Notes under the pieces: model-generated
Database searches by the model: none
What the model was told of the DNA's origin: nothing
The model's input: the letters and a program-made list of their open reading frames with translations, nothing else
Shown here: in pieces, positions 23,601-35,184 of the stretch
Numbering within the stretch: the stretch's first letter is position 1
How the letters are laid out: each line of letters opens with the position of its first letter
Program-made: the position numbers and the translations under genes
NCBI GenBank assembly: GCA_054600435.1
Contig: BAAIJX010000001.1
Span: forward strand, 558,001 to 622,000
DNA: 64,000 bases
From: Neophaeotheca triangularis
Lineage: Eukaryota
Direction: 5' to 3'

Positions 23601-24520
23601 CAAGCGACCTCGTGCGTCTCGCAAGCGCTGTATACGTTGAGGAGACGCACATTCGGCAGTGCCTCGAGAGCGCGGCGAGCCAGATCGGTGGTCACGACTT
23701 CACCGTTGAGCCATAGTGTTCGGAGGTTGGGCAGCCTGTTACCAATGCGCGGATGCCTTGCAAGGACTGCGGCAAGGAGGGTGGGAGTCATCAGAGTTTC
23801 GGTGATGTTTCTTGAGGAAAGCATGTTGACGAGCTCTGTAGGGTCGTAGCTCGTTTCGTCCGGCACTGTAACAGTGGTGGCGCCGCGGACAAGGGGCCTG
23901 AGCATCTCCCAGATGAAAAACACATTACACGCGACCCGGTCACCAGGCTGGAGATCGGAAAGACCAAATCTCAAATCGTACGAAAGCACAGCAGCAGAAT
24001 GCGGGTTGGCGATGCCTTTGGGCCGTCCAGTGGTGCCTGAAGAATAGGCGACAAAGGCAAGACGGTCAACATCCATGTCTGTGGGCAGCGGCACGGGCTC
24101 CGTTGCATCTCCGTTGGGCAATTTGGTCTCCTCGTCGAGTATTACCAACTGAGTACCCTCCGTGATCTTGCCCACCTCGGCCTCGTACGTGACCACAGCA
24201 GTAGGCTGGGCATCCTCGAGGACATCCTTCAAGAGCTCGGCGGGGTAGGCAAGCTCCAAGACGAGGAAAGCTCCGCCAGCACGAAGGGCGGCGAGACATG
24301 CAATCACGTAGTCGGCACTGCGAGGTAAAAGCACGCCGACGAGGCTGTCTCTGTGAACGCCATAGTCGCGGAGCTTGTGGGCGAGGCTGTCGACCTTTTG
24401 ATCGAGCTCGGCGTAGGTGAGGGTCTTGGTGTCGTCCTCGAGCGCGACGGCCTCCGGGGTCGCCTGCACCTGCTCTGAGAACAGAGCCGAGAGGTTCTTC
24501 TTGGTGTCGAGGACCGGCAT
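20678..24520 (-). CDS. NRPS-like A-T-R-R enzyme, glycine betaine reductase (ATRR) type
   Basis: A domain (YSSGTTGRPKG, YRTGD), T domain (FFDLGGHSL), thioester reductase (LLTGATGFLG, GYGQTKW) and C-terminal SDR (ITGASSGIG, YSASK). Intronless; ATG at 24520 (MPVLDTKKNL). Confidence 0.9.
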   Translation of the reverse strand: MPVLDTKKNLSALFSEQVQATPEAVALEDDTKTLTYAELDQKVDSLAHKLRDYGVHRDSLVGVLLPRSADYVIACLAALRAGGAFLVLELAYPAELLKDVLEDAQPTAVVTYEAEVGKITEGTQLVILDEETKLPNGDATEPVPLPTDMDVDRLAFVAYSSGTTGRPKGIANPHSAAVLSYDLRFGLSDLQPGDRVACNVFFIWEMLRPLVRGATTVTVPDETSYDPTELVNMLSSRNITETLMTPTLLAAVLARHPRIGNRLPNLRTLWLNGEVVTTDLARRALEALPNVRLLNVYSACETHEVACGDVKEMLTSEATYCPVGPPLDPKHIYILDDSGQKAETGEAGELFVGGDLLARGYLNRPETTAQAFTPDQYDASHGARMYRTGDLARLLPSGLLEITGRVGAMIKLRGYSVVPGKVENAIATHLAVKHCAVTAHGEGLDRQLVAYIVDDEASEDRPAVEVDESGYSPAARKALNSHLAHYMLPTLWVKLDKLPTHEVSGKADLKALPPPPTAQAAVSHGQSVEKDPIDTDSVAEVWSSTLKITRSSITAEHSFFDLGGHSLSLAELASRLTRTFGFFVPVARLADPVTLNGHVQTLRAVRDGQIAAVQADLPAALRKDTKLESEIEPTGATMCAAKSADTILLTGATGFLGAFLLNDLLENTSAQIICLVRFSEPTEDDVPRGIARLRKNLIDLGLWRDSVMERVEVMPGNLSRKRLGLSPDAFEQLANRIQVIIHAAATVNLVYPYAALRAANVGGAREILRLACLGNATVEYVSTNGVLPTSASGNGWPEDSMLYVDAVPEKLADGYGQTKWAAEQLVLEAGRRGLPVRILRCGTISGHSASGAANAYDLLTALFVESMNLGYAPDVEGWRAEMTPVDFVSKAIVHLSNQTQAKQLVFHLGDPEPVDANAVFDDFERLGYPTKRIPWDDWVALWTEKRASKQGGDGGFTVDILRSGMPSVEFLRDIVVLNNAQTRPYRAVVERPKVDAVLLETYARHWFARGWLSHPPSTRHAVGGSAQPIRKSILSGRVAVITGASSGIGAAVAAALAREGCHIALAARRTDALESVKRRLVVREGKVITRKTDVTDRQQVADLVQAAETELGPVDIFVSCAGVMYFTMMANASESNMEEWDRTVDVNCKGLLHGLAATVPPMLARGKGHIVAISSDAGRKVFPGLGVYSASKFFVEATLQALRVENAGKGLRVSAIQPGNTQTDLLTMSSDEEAVKQYGGPSGAQILDPEDIAGAIVFALKQPDHVAVNEVMIEPRDEPI

Positions 24521-26064
24521 CTTTTCGTCCGAGTAATAGGTAATCAAGGCAGGTCTGAAGAAGCCTTGTCCACGCGCGCGGTGGGGTTACGGTCACGGGA
24601 CTTTGTGTCAATCGTGTGGGGAGCAGTGAAATACTTGCCGCCCTTTTCGGATTGGAGATTTTTACCAAGAAAAATACTCGCTTCAATAGTCAGATTCTGC
24701 CAGCGTAGCGTCTCGAGTCTCACGTCCCCATACTACTACTGTTGTACAGAATAATAGAGCCGACGGACAGAGTAGGAAGGTAGCGGTGTCTCAACGTCGT
24801 CGACAGCTTTCAATGGCCGTCAACTCACTACTACTGTGGTGTCACTACCGGTGTGGTCTGAGCATGCCCGGGGTACACGTCTACCATAACATCATCGTTG
24901 ATCATGGTTGAGAGACTTTGTCCCTACTCCACACGGCCTACCGCGCGGGGCACCAATGGCAAGCTCCACCCGGACGCTGTGCTCCGCCAACTGCAGCGGT
25001 GGAAAGAAGGCGTGATCGGGAGTAAACGAATGGCAGCGTCTCCGGCAATGACATGGTCCAACTTGTCCCGTACGCGACCCTCAACTTGCCTCAACCAAGG
25101 GCGTGCGCGGGACATTTTTACTGATCCGGGCAAAGTCCAATCTACCTTATTACCTGCTACGGGGACTCGACAACAGAGCGGGCTTGTTTTCGCCCAGCGA
25201 TATGATTCGTGAGTACATGGTAGCCGCTACTCGCTACACCGAGGTTACAGCTGCCCTACTACTAGTACTCCCCTAATTTCACCGACTCTCTCGGCATGGA
25301 ACAACTTTGATGCGAGGAACCAGGCCTCACGAGCTACTAGTAACTACATCTCGTTCTGACATGTCGATCCTTCGAGAAGGATATCTCGTAGCGACGACAA
25401 TTTCGTGGCGAACACAAGTGCACTCATCGAATCGCTAGAGGCTTAGCAATTGGAAGCTTCCCAGTCCAATGTAAGTTAAGACGAGGGCACTTCTGCTATC
25501 GTCGCAGTACTGAGACATGGAGCTGCTCTCTCTCGGCCTCTCCGGACCCAGGTTCTGATGGAATGTGTCTCAATTGCATGGCATGATGGTGCTCATGCCA
25601 TGGTTCCGTTCCAGCCAAGGTTGGAATACATCAGTCGCAGCAGTAGAGAATCGTTGACACCCTCATCTCATGATCCCTCGCGTTCACACGTAACGTCCAT
25701 CTCGACATTGCCGCAGTCGAGTCTCTGGCAGTGACCTAAGAGTAAGATCAAGGTAAGTGAAGGGATGATGCTAGGGGATCCAAAGAACGAACATCTTCGA
25801 CACCACTGGCACCTCCAGACGCAAAGATTCCATCATGCTGGCAAGTTGGATGCCTGAGGTCAGGCCCGATAAGCTGATGGTCCGTTCGTCGAGATAACAA
25901 CAGCTGTTCGGGTTCTTGGCAGTAACTGCCTCAGTGACCTCACTCGTTGAAGTCGAGCAACCTCGAAACACACGCTCTTTGTTTGATAAAGGCTAAACCA
26001 AACAGGCGGAATGACCACATCAGCCAACCCGACTTAAGAACCACAGCTAATACCAATCGCAACA

Positions 26065-26949
26065 ATGTCCACCGCCGGTCAATTCTCCTCCAAGAACCCA
26101 ACCATCAAACGCATCCTCAAAGAAGCCTCGGAACTCGCCAACGCTCCCTCCTCCGACTACCACGCCGCGCCCCTCGAAACCGATCTTTTCGAATGGCACT
26201 TCACCCTGCGCGGACCACCTCCCCCTTCAAGTTTCGCAGGCGGTCTTTACCACGGCCGCATCGTTCTACCACCAGCCTACCCGCTCAAACCCCCGAGTTT
26301 CCGCTTCCTAACCCCTACAGGCAGATTCGAGGTCAATAGAGAGATATGTCTAAGTATCAGCGGACATCATGAGGAGAGCTGGCAGCCCGCCTGGGGTATT
26401 CGGACGGCGCTGGTCGCGATTCGCAGTTTCATGGATACGGACGCCAAGGGCCAATTAGGGGGCATGGATGCTAGTAAGGAGGTGCGAGAGCGCTTCGCGG
26501 TGCAGAGTCCTGGATGGAAGTGCCCGGCGTGCGCGAAGAGTAATCAGGAGATCATGGTGGAGCAAGACGAGGTTGTCAAGGAGGCTGGCGGCGAGCAGAA
26601 GGCTGAGGAGGCTGTGCCGGAGGAGTTGCGGTTGCAGTTTAGGGAGGATTTGGGGAAAAGGAAGGAAGGGGAAGTGGATAGTCAAGCTTCTGTGGCAAAG
26701 TCTGCTGAGCTGAGTCAGCCGTCCGAGCAGGTTTCGACACCTACGCCGACAACTAGTGTGCCGCCGAGGGTTTCGTCTGTTGAGTCGCCTCCTGCTGCTG
26801 CCGGTGTAGCAGCGGCGGCTGTACCGCAACAACAGAGACAACAACCACAACGACAAGTTCAACAGTCTGAAACGCCGGCTTGGATTGACAAGGCAATTTT
26901 GGGCATCATTGCGGCGTTGGTTTTGCTCGTGGCCCGGAAAGTGTTCTGA
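26065..26949 (+). CDS. tail-anchored ER ubiquitin-conjugating enzyme E2 (Ubc6/UBE2J1 type)
   Basis: IKRILKEA, EWHFTLRGP, GRFEVNREICLSISGHHEESWQPAWGIRTAL, and a C-terminal TM anchor. Confidence 0.9.
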   Translation: MSTAGQFSSKNPTIKRILKEASELANAPSSDYHAAPLETDLFEWHFTLRGPPPPSSFAGGLYHGRIVLPPAYPLKPPSFRFLTPTGRFEVNREICLSISGHHEESWQPAWGIRTALVAIRSFMDTDAKGQLGGMDASKEVRERFAVQSPGWKCPACAKSNQEIMVEQDEVVKEAGGEQKAEEAVPEELRLQFREDLGKRKEGEVDSQASVAKSAELSQPSEQVSTPTPTTSVPPRVSSVESPPAAAGVAAAAVPQQQRQQPQRQVQQSETPAWIDKAILGIIAALVLLVARKVF

Positions 26950-27527
26950 GGGGAGCTTGGTTTTGTGCTCATTCAACAACAGTAAAGTGCGAAAGGAGAG
27001 CGGGTGATGGCTGCACGACCCTGCGGCTTACTGGCCCATTGATCGCGGGGTTCGTGCTCAAGTCACTACGTAGGTGCTTCCATGGCGATTGGCTTGGGGA
27101 AAAAATCACTAGGGCCTGTCGTTTACCCAATGTGGAACAGGCGAAGATCGAGGAGGGATAGGGTACGAAGAGTCGAGGTTAGATCAAAGGCCGACGAACT
27201 GAGCCAGAAAGCGATAACGGCCGTCGCATTGGTGGTTTGAACGGCGTCACCAGAAGCACCATTTATGGAAAGCGCTACCGATTACGAGTCATGCAACCCA
27301 GATAGATGGCAACGACGAGATGAAAGCGAGACCACTACGCTCATTTTCGATAGTTGGTAATATAGTTCAAACCCACGGCAAAAGAGCTGTAAATACTTCC
27401 CATTCCCATCACCCCTTCAACGCCTTCGTCCTCAAGACGCCCTAACCCGCCCGCTATGCATGTGAACAACAAAAACCCGTGTACCACCCTGACCACCCTC
27501 TCACCTCAAACCCCAATGGCAACAACA

Positions 27528-29387
27528 TCACTGCCCAGTAATGCCCGCGGGCGGGGGGTCCATTGCCAACCCCGCCTCATCATCGCGATGATGAACATCC
27601 ACAGCACTCGCGCCCCTGCTCGTGTCAGCCGAATGCGGCAGCTTCTCATTCGGCACCTTGCTGCCGTCCCACTTGGAACTGGTAATCGGGTTGACGCCGA
27701 GTAGGTACATGGTATCGATTTCCTCGAGCGAGCGGTCCTTGGACTCGATGACGAAGAAGAAGACGATGACGATGAGGGCCGCGCAGCAGCCTGCGAACAC
27801 TAGACCGTACCAGTAGTTGATGGCGCGCGTGATGAAGGAGGTGAAGAAGGAGATCATGAAGTTCCTGGGGGGAGGGGTCGCGTTAGCTGGGGTGTGTTCT
27901 GTTTTGACGGGGGGTGTGGGATTTGTGGGGTCGACGCTTACCAGAGCCAGTTGCTTGCGGTGGCGAGGGCCATGCATTGGCCTCTGTACTTGGCTGGGTA
28001 GAGCTCTGCGACTACGGCCCAGACGAGGGGACCTGAGATGATCTGTCAGCGAAGTTCGTGGGAGAAATCGGGGTAAAGCTGGCAGCGACTCACCCCATGT
28101 GGTGGCGAAAGCGACAATGGCGAAGCACGAGAAGACAATCAGGATGTTACCGGCTTGCGGCGTGCTTTGCGGGTCGTTGTTGTCGAGTTGGTAAGTACCG
28201 ACAAAGGCGTAGACGAAAAAGCACATCATGATCCACGCGGCGCCGGCCATTAGGGCGTTCCTGCGACCGCACTTTTGCACCACCCAGAGACCGGCGAGCG
28301 TGCAGCCGACGTTGACGGAACCCAGGATGATCTGTGTGATGTAGCTGTTTTGGAGACCGGTTGCGGCGAAGACGGTGGTGCCGTAGTAGCTGTGTGTCAT
28401 AGTTAGCAAACTGTCTGTAGCAATCTCTCGTTTTAGGGGTTATGCTCACAAGAAGAAGTTGACACCCGTAAGCTGCTGACCGGCTTGCAAGACGATACCC
28501 AAAGTGGTACGGTAGAACATCTTGGGGCCAGTGAAGATCTCATACCAGTGGGTGTCGGCACCGGCAAGCTCCTCGTCAAGCTTGACCTTGATATCGTGAA
28601 GCTGCGCGCTGACACCGGGGTCCTGAGGGTCCACACCCGCCAACTTGGCGATAGTGTTGCGTGCTTCTTCTTCCCTGCCTTTACGGTAGGCAAAGCGAGG
28701 AGACTCTGGGAGCAACAGGATACCGCCTCCGAGAATCAGAGCCCACAAGAAGCCGATACCATTGGGAATCCTCCAGCTGGCGCTTCCCTCCATCGACTCG
28801 GTGCCGTAGTTGATCATTTCGGCCGTCCAGATGCCCAAAGTGACGGAAAGCTGGAAAAAGGCGATAAGCAGACCGCGGATGATGATCGGGCTGGACTCGG
28901 ATTGGTACATGGGCACCACGACGGAGAGGGAGCCGATACCGAAGCCGTCGACCATTCTTCCCATGGCGAATTGCACCCATGAATCTGTCGACGAGATTTC
29001 AATAATGATGCCGATGCAAGTGAAGAGCGACGAGACGGAGATCGCAAGCCGACGACCGATGGTGTCAGCGACCTTTCCGGAGAGGAGGGCACCGATCAGA
29101 CAGCCAATAGAAAGGAAGCCCACGATGGAGCCTTGTCGAGCGGCGCTGAATGCGTAGGACCCATCGGCCTGCTGTTCTCCGAAGCGTCGGGCATAGTCCT
29201 CCATAGGAAAGTAACCAGAGATTTGACCAGAGACGTAGCCGAACATGAAGCCACCGATCGAGGCGACGAAACCAAGAAAACAGGCGAAGAAGGTGACCTT
29301 TTCGTTGCTACCGACGTCTGGTTCGGCATTCTGGGTAGGCGAGTTGACCTTCTCGACCTGGTCGTTCTTGCGCTTAAAGAATCCCAT
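27528..29387 (-). CDS. MFS sugar porter / hexose transporter; introns 28390-28449, 28033-28093, 27865-27941
   Basis: GGFMFGY, ADTIGRR, VVPMYQSE, LPESPR, QQLTGVNFF|FYYG, ESKDRSLEEID. Confidence 0.92.
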
Positions 29388-31118
29388 GTTGATTGTGTGA
29401 TAGGGAGGTTGGACAGAGAGATAGGGAAGGAGGAAGACGGGAAGGGTAGCAGACAGCAAGGAGAGAGGATGAGGGCGTTTTAAGAAGAACGCCGATGTAG
29501 CCAAGTCGTAGGAGCAACGGCACACGTCTTTGCCAACCGGACCCACGCGACTAGCATTCTTTCAGGAGGCATAGAACGTCTGAAGAAGGCGGGCCGCCTT
29601 CTCTCGCCTGCTCTTCGGAAACGGTCTGGTCGGCGGTCGTCGAGACGTTGCGATACTAACTTTCCTCTTTCCGCCAGCTCGTGAGTTGGCGGTCTGTGAG
29701 CAAGGATAGGGTCTGTATTGCCTCTCGGAACCGTGCATGAGGACCGGCGATAGAGCATCGTCGTCATAATGAAGCCGAAAGACACCGATGGCCATAGCAG
29801 GCAGTGGGCCACGCTTGATTGTTGGAAGATTGGCATGGCGTGATGGTTGGGACCAGATCAGCGCCGGGAAGCCAGCAGCTGGTGTATTGCTGTTATCTCT
29901 TCCGGGCTGTCTCGCTATTGCCTACATGAGTGACCGCTTCCCCTTCACGACCTACAGTCATACAGCTCGAAGAGCATGCTCGCTGTCGGCACGCATGAGC
30001 AACTCCGCCGCTCAAAGCGCGCGCCGCCGCCACACGAGAGATATAGACTCGTCACTCTGCAAAACATGCGAAAAAAGAAACTTTTTGATATCGGTCCCTG
30101 CGGCGGTTGTTTCGGCGCCCTTGGTGAGTCTATCTCAAGGAAGCACTGCTGGGCGGGCCCGCCGCAACGGCCCGCGACACAAGTCTTGCGCCTTTTATGG
30201 TCCGTAGGCGATCACACACGACGTCAGCCTTTACCATCGACCTCGAATCTTTGCTGCGCTTGTGGCTACACTGCCCCGTTTACCGTCGTAATGAATTGAT
30301 AGAGACAACGAGCTCTTTTGGAAAGGCTTATATCTACTCCTGCCACACCAGAATTGTCTTGAGGTATCGCGCCTTTTCCAGCCGGCACCGAGTAGCTCAT
30401 CGTGTCAGTGGACCCTCCGCTGAAGCACCGATATGTCCGAGATTCGGCTTGCGTTGCTCCCGGCCTCTTCGCGGCGGAGCTACATTATACTTCACCTCGT
30501 GTCTCAATCAGGACATTGGGGCGCGTCCGCCGCCTGATGTGATTTGAAGAGGCTCACGATCTTCGTCGTAAAAGGCCGCTCGGAAACGGCAGCGAGGAAC
30601 GCTCGGCAAGGGCCTTGTTTGCAAAATTATCAATCACGCCCGGTACGACTGTTCGGATGAGATGAAGTCGACGGCGCGCCTAGATATGAGGGGCTAGTAG
30701 TAGTGCCTGCCTCTTGAGTGGAACGGACGGCGTTCTGCAAATGAAAAGCAAAATATCTCAGCGCAACTGCTGCTTCCGTTTACACGTGCTATCTTGAGAC
30801 TGGAAGGCCTCCATGCTCGTGCGTCACAAGACATGCGCTGTCCCGTACTCGCGTGGAGTGCAGGTCCCCAGCTTAAAACCCGGCATTGCTGCCTTCGTAC
30901 CTTTAAGCAGAACTCCCCCTCATGAACGAAACTGGATAGTGAAGCTTCCAGTTCTGGAGCAACGCTGCATCCGCAAATGCTTCGATGCAACCCTGTCGAC
31001 TCAACAAAAGTCGAGGCGCCCGTTAAAACAACATACTACAACGACCAACCCAGGTCAGGCCTGCAATCAGCCGATGTGTGATGTTGAACATGCAACTCGT
31101 CTCAGGACTAGACACCGT

Positions 31119-32360
31119 TCAAACGGACATCTTGCCGACCTGCGCTGCAACCTGATCGGCGTCCTGTGTGTCCCCAGCAGCTGGTTTCTCCTCCTTCTTC
31201 TCCTTATCGCCAAGAACGTCGCTCAAGCAAGCCTGGTTACCTCCTCGCAAGTACTCTTCATACTCTCCGATCCTCTTTCCAGCCTTCTCCCACCTCGACC
31301 TGTATGCTTCCCGCCTCTTCGTACACTCGGCGTCCAGCGCGGGCCAGTAGACAGAGTGGTCATATTCGAAATCTAGATCACCCCCCGCCTGCTTCCACAA
31401 CTGTATCGGCGGCACCCAATCGCGGTTTTCGGGATTGAACTTCATCTTCTCCTTGGTCACGGGGTCGATGAAGGAGCTGATGAGTTTGAAGAAAGTGTTG
31501 ACGTACCAGGGCAGCTCGCTGATTAGCGCTCTACCCAGACGCTCCGGGTTGTGCCCTTGGAGAATGTTGAGCACTGCGCGCGCTTGGCCGACAGTGGGCA
31601 CACTGCCTCCTGATGCGCCTTTGAAGTTGATGATCAAGCACGTCGACTCCTGGCCGGGCGGGAGCATGTCGATCAAGCGGTCAAGCATGTATGCTAGATG
31701 GTGAATTTGGCGATCGCTCATTTTGGTGTTTTGCTTGCCGGGGTTAAGGTAGAGGCAAGGGCGGGCCTCCTTGTCGTAGCCAAGAATGAGTTGCTTGCCC
31801 GTCTCGTTTTCAGGGCTGATGTAATCGTGGCTGAAGGTGTCGGCGCCATACTCTCTCCTCCACGATAGTGTGTTTTGCAGGCGCTTCAAGGCATTGGGTG
31901 CACTCCACTTGGTCGCTCTGAGGTAGCGGAGCAGGCACTCGTGCGTGAGGAACATGCGCTCGCGGTCCTCGATTGGAGCTTGCGGAGCGCCTTTGGCAGT
32001 TGTAGAAGGAATTGTTGTCCACGACGAGACGTCGGCCAGAACAGCCGCATACTTTTGTTCTTGCTCCGCTGACAGCTTCGCTGGCTTGGGTGGGTGTGCA
32101 TCGGGTACCGGCCTAGTGAAGAGGGTCTTCATGGAGCCGCTTGCCGGTGGCTTCCATCCTTCTTCATCTTCCTGCTCTGCGCCAGCCACTGCGTCTAAGC
32201 TGGCGGGCTCATCGGTTGCTGATTTAAACGAATTGACGGAGGTCGAGGATGCTCTTCTCGAGCTTTGTTGTGTGCTAGGTTGGTGAGAGTCCGCCGGCTT
32301 CGCGTCGAGCGTGCCGTTCGAAGTCGGGGCAGGCGCTGCTGGGTCTGCAACGGTGGCCAT
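31119..32360 (-). CDS. Sec14/CRAL-TRIO lipid-transfer protein (PDR16/PDR17-like)
   Basis: FLTHECLLRYLRATKW, ENETGKQ..GYDKEARPCLYL, LQGHNPERLGRA, FIDPVTKEK. Confidence 0.9.
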   Translation of the reverse strand: MATVADPAAPAPTSNGTLDAKPADSHQPSTQQSSRRASSTSVNSFKSATDEPASLDAVAGAEQEDEEGWKPPASGSMKTLFTRPVPDAHPPKPAKLSAEQEQKYAAVLADVSSWTTIPSTTAKGAPQAPIEDRERMFLTHECLLRYLRATKWSAPNALKRLQNTLSWRREYGADTFSHDYISPENETGKQLILGYDKEARPCLYLNPGKQNTKMSDRQIHHLAYMLDRLIDMLPPGQESTCLIINFKGASGGSVPTVGQARAVLNILQGHNPERLGRALISELPWYVNTFFKLISSFIDPVTKEKMKFNPENRDWVPPIQLWKQAGGDLDFEYDHSVYWPALDAECTKRREAYRSRWEKAGKRIGEYEEYLRGGNQACLSDVLGDKEKKEEKPAAGDTQDADQVAAQVGKMSV

Positions 32361-32616
32361 TATGAGGGAGAGAGAAGTGTTGATCCGGGCTGCTTGCTGG
32401 CTGAGGTTTGAAGGCACGTGTGTCTTTTTTCTTTTGATGGGCACACAAACGACGTCGATTGGATTTTAAGAAGCAGACGTGGGGGTGATGAACGTAGGCG
32501 TGCAGAAACGGCGTGGAGGGGAAGGTGATACTAGTAAGGTAGGTAGTCGATCTGCTGCCGAATGTCTCAGCTGTGTTTTGGTAGCGGGAAACTCGGTGAA
32601 TGACGGGATTGTCTGC

Positions 32617-32660
32617 AATAATAATAATAATATCAATAATAATGGATGGATGGATGGATG
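32617..32660. repeat. compound microsatellite (AAT)n/(GGAT)n
   Basis: aataataataataatatcaataataatggatggatggatggatg. Confidence 0.8.
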
Positions 32661-32955
32661 AGCCGGGCGCCGCCTCTCCAGCTTGGCTGGCTGCAGCTGC
32701 AGCGCCTTCAAACGCCCAGACTCTCAGGCCAGCGAGAGAAAGTTCACCTGCAAACCGACTCCACCTGCACCTGGGCAACTGGGCAACCTAAGGTTCCAAG
32801 CTGGCCGTGGCTGGCGCAACAGGGACGGGAGGGGTCCGATAAGACAAGGCTGAGATAAGACTTGACCTTGACGTACATTACCTCACCTTACCTTATTTTT
32901 GGCTTCGGTATATCTTCGCACCCGTCTCGCTCTCGCTCTCGGTACGATCTTGTTG

Positions 32956-32993
32956 CGCGATTCGCGAAACGCGAGACGCGCTTTCTGGTCGCG
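32956..32993 (+). promoter_or_regulatory. cluster of MCB/SCB-like CGCG cell-cycle boxes upstream of POL12
   Basis: CGCG at 32956, 32963 (CGCGAAA), 32970, 32977 and 32990, 120-160 bp upstream of a DNA replication gene. Confidence 0.7.
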
Positions 32994-33112
32994 TCGTCTC
33001 CCAAACCACTCACTCTAAGCCTTAGGTACCTAAACAGTAGATCAACACCTTCCAACGTGCCGCACCCTCTGGCTACACAGCAATACTCGACCTACCTATA
33101 CACTCAGAATCC

Positions 33113-35184
33113 ATGGCAGACACAGAAGCGGAGCTCAATGAGCTCTTCGCCCCACCGGGCAAACCCCTCCAGCAGGATATCTTGAACGAACTCCAGAGCA
33201 TACTACGACTGCACACACTCTCCGCCCAGGAACTTTTCTACAAGTGGGAAAGCTACGTGATCAAGATGGGCGTCGAGAGTACTCGCATGGACTACAAGAC
33301 GGCTCGTGATTTCAAAAAAGACCTTCAAGATACCCTCGACCGCGAATCGAGAGCAAAGGGACAGCACAACACCAACAGCCGTGCATCGCGTGCGGCTGCG
33401 ACTCCTCGGGCGGGAGCTGGTGGCGATGTTTTTGGTATGCTCGATGGACTTGTTGGTGGGACACCAAGCACAGCACGCGTGAGCAGCGCAAAAAGAAAAG
33501 GGGCTGGCCTAGAGACTCCCTCAGCAAAGGCACCGAGAAGTGGGCTCAACAGCTCGCCCGCCGATTTCAAGACGCCAGCCGCTACTCGAGAAGTCCAAGG
33601 AGTCGCTTTCGAGAATCGATCGAACGCTGGTCAGACAATCGAGACCCTGAATGATCATCTACCAGCGGCGATTGCCCCTTCAGAAATTCCCGGGGAAGCT
33701 CGCGTTAAACTCAAGGCCAACAGCGACATGGAAAAGTTCAGATACAAGCCAATGGCTATGAAGCTGTCCGAAGCATCCGAAATTCTCGACGATCGTATCG
33801 ACTCCTTCACCGAACTAGTGCAAGAACATTACAAATTTGATGACAACGCGTTTGGCAACCCTGCAGCTCAGTCAGCAGCTGAAGTGGTGGTGGTAGGGCG
33901 GATAGCATGCGATCAGCCAAATGGAAAGCTCAACGCTGCAAGTCTCGTTCTCGAAACTAGCCGACGCATGGGTGCTGGAATGCGCGTGCCTCTGAGACTC
34001 GAAGGTGTAAGCTATGACTTCTTCCCGGGAAGAATAGTCGCTCTTCGTGGGAGCAACGTGAGCGGAGAATATTTCGCAGTCACTGAAGTGCTCCCCATTC
34101 CTCTTCTCGGCTACGCCGATTCCACCCCAAGCGACCTCGACATCCACAACGATCGTTTGACCTCGGCGGACGGCGAGGCGAGGCCTCTTCACATTGTCAC
34201 GGCCAGTGGACCGTATACCACTGACACTGACCTCTCATTCACACCTCTATACACTCTTCTCAACCGTGCCGAAGAAGAGCGAGCAGATGTGCTCATCCTC
34301 TCCGGGCCGTTTCTAGACCTCGAGCACCCCGCAATAGCATCTGGGGACTTCGAGGACTACCTCCCCAGCGACACAAAACTCAACCCTGATCGCGCGACCC
34401 TCAACGACGTATTCCGCGTCCTCATCTCCCAACCCCTCGATCGCCTCCTTCAAGCAGTGCCGACTCTGACGGTCATCCTCGTGCCTTCAATCCGCGACGC
34501 CGTCTCCAAACACGTTTCATACCCTCAAGACGGCTTCCGCAAAAAGCCGCTTGGCTTGCCCGGCGCCGTCAGAGTCGTCACCAACCCCATTACTCTGAGT
34601 ATCAACGAGCTTCTGGTTTCAATCAGCACGCAGGACGTCCTCTCCGAGCTTCGGCGCGAAAATGTGCACCAAGCCGTCAAGGGCCAGAAAATGAGTGACG
34701 ACATGCTACACAGGCTATCCTCGGGAGTAATCGAGCAGCGACATTTCTTCCCTGTCTACCCGCCACAAGCGCGCGAGAACCTGCCAAAACCGACAGCAAT
34801 AGACGGCGAGGTTGCCGATGTGGGTGGCGAAGAAAGACTCGCGGTGGGCGCAAGTCTAGACCTCGCATACCTCAAACTAGGCGAGATGTTGAATGTTCGA
34901 CCAGACGTGCTGGTCTTGCCTTCGGCACTGACGCCTTTTGCTAAAGTACGTTTTGATACCCGAGTTTGACCCATATTCACGTCAACTGCTAACGTATCGC
35001 TCACCAGGTTGTCGACTCAGTCCTCTGCATCAACCCCGGAACTCTGAGCAAGAAGCGCGGTGCGGGTACTTTTGCCTCAATGAATATACAGCCGAGGGCA
35101 CTTACGGACCAGGAGAGGGAGGCAGGAGAGGCTGTGACGCATAATGTATACGAGAGGGCGAGGGTGGATGTCGTTAGAACATGA
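33113..35184 (+). CDS. POL12: DNA polymerase alpha-primase B subunit; intron 34946-35007
   Basis: ELFYKWESY, MAMKLSEASEILDDRID, FFPGRIVALRG, ASGPYT, LILSGPFLD, PDVLVLPS..PFAK|VVDSVLCINPG. Confidence 0.93.

Noticed and set aside
20678..29387. Secondary-metabolite cluster around the NRPS-like gene
   Set aside because: Neighbours are a splicing factor, an E2 enzyme and a hexose transporter; no tailoring enzymes or cluster regulator.
32848..32880. GGCTGAGAT...ACTTGA resembling a TPP riboswitch core
   Set aside because: Lacks the downstream GATAAT-CCAGCG-AGG elements and there is no thiamine gene nearby.
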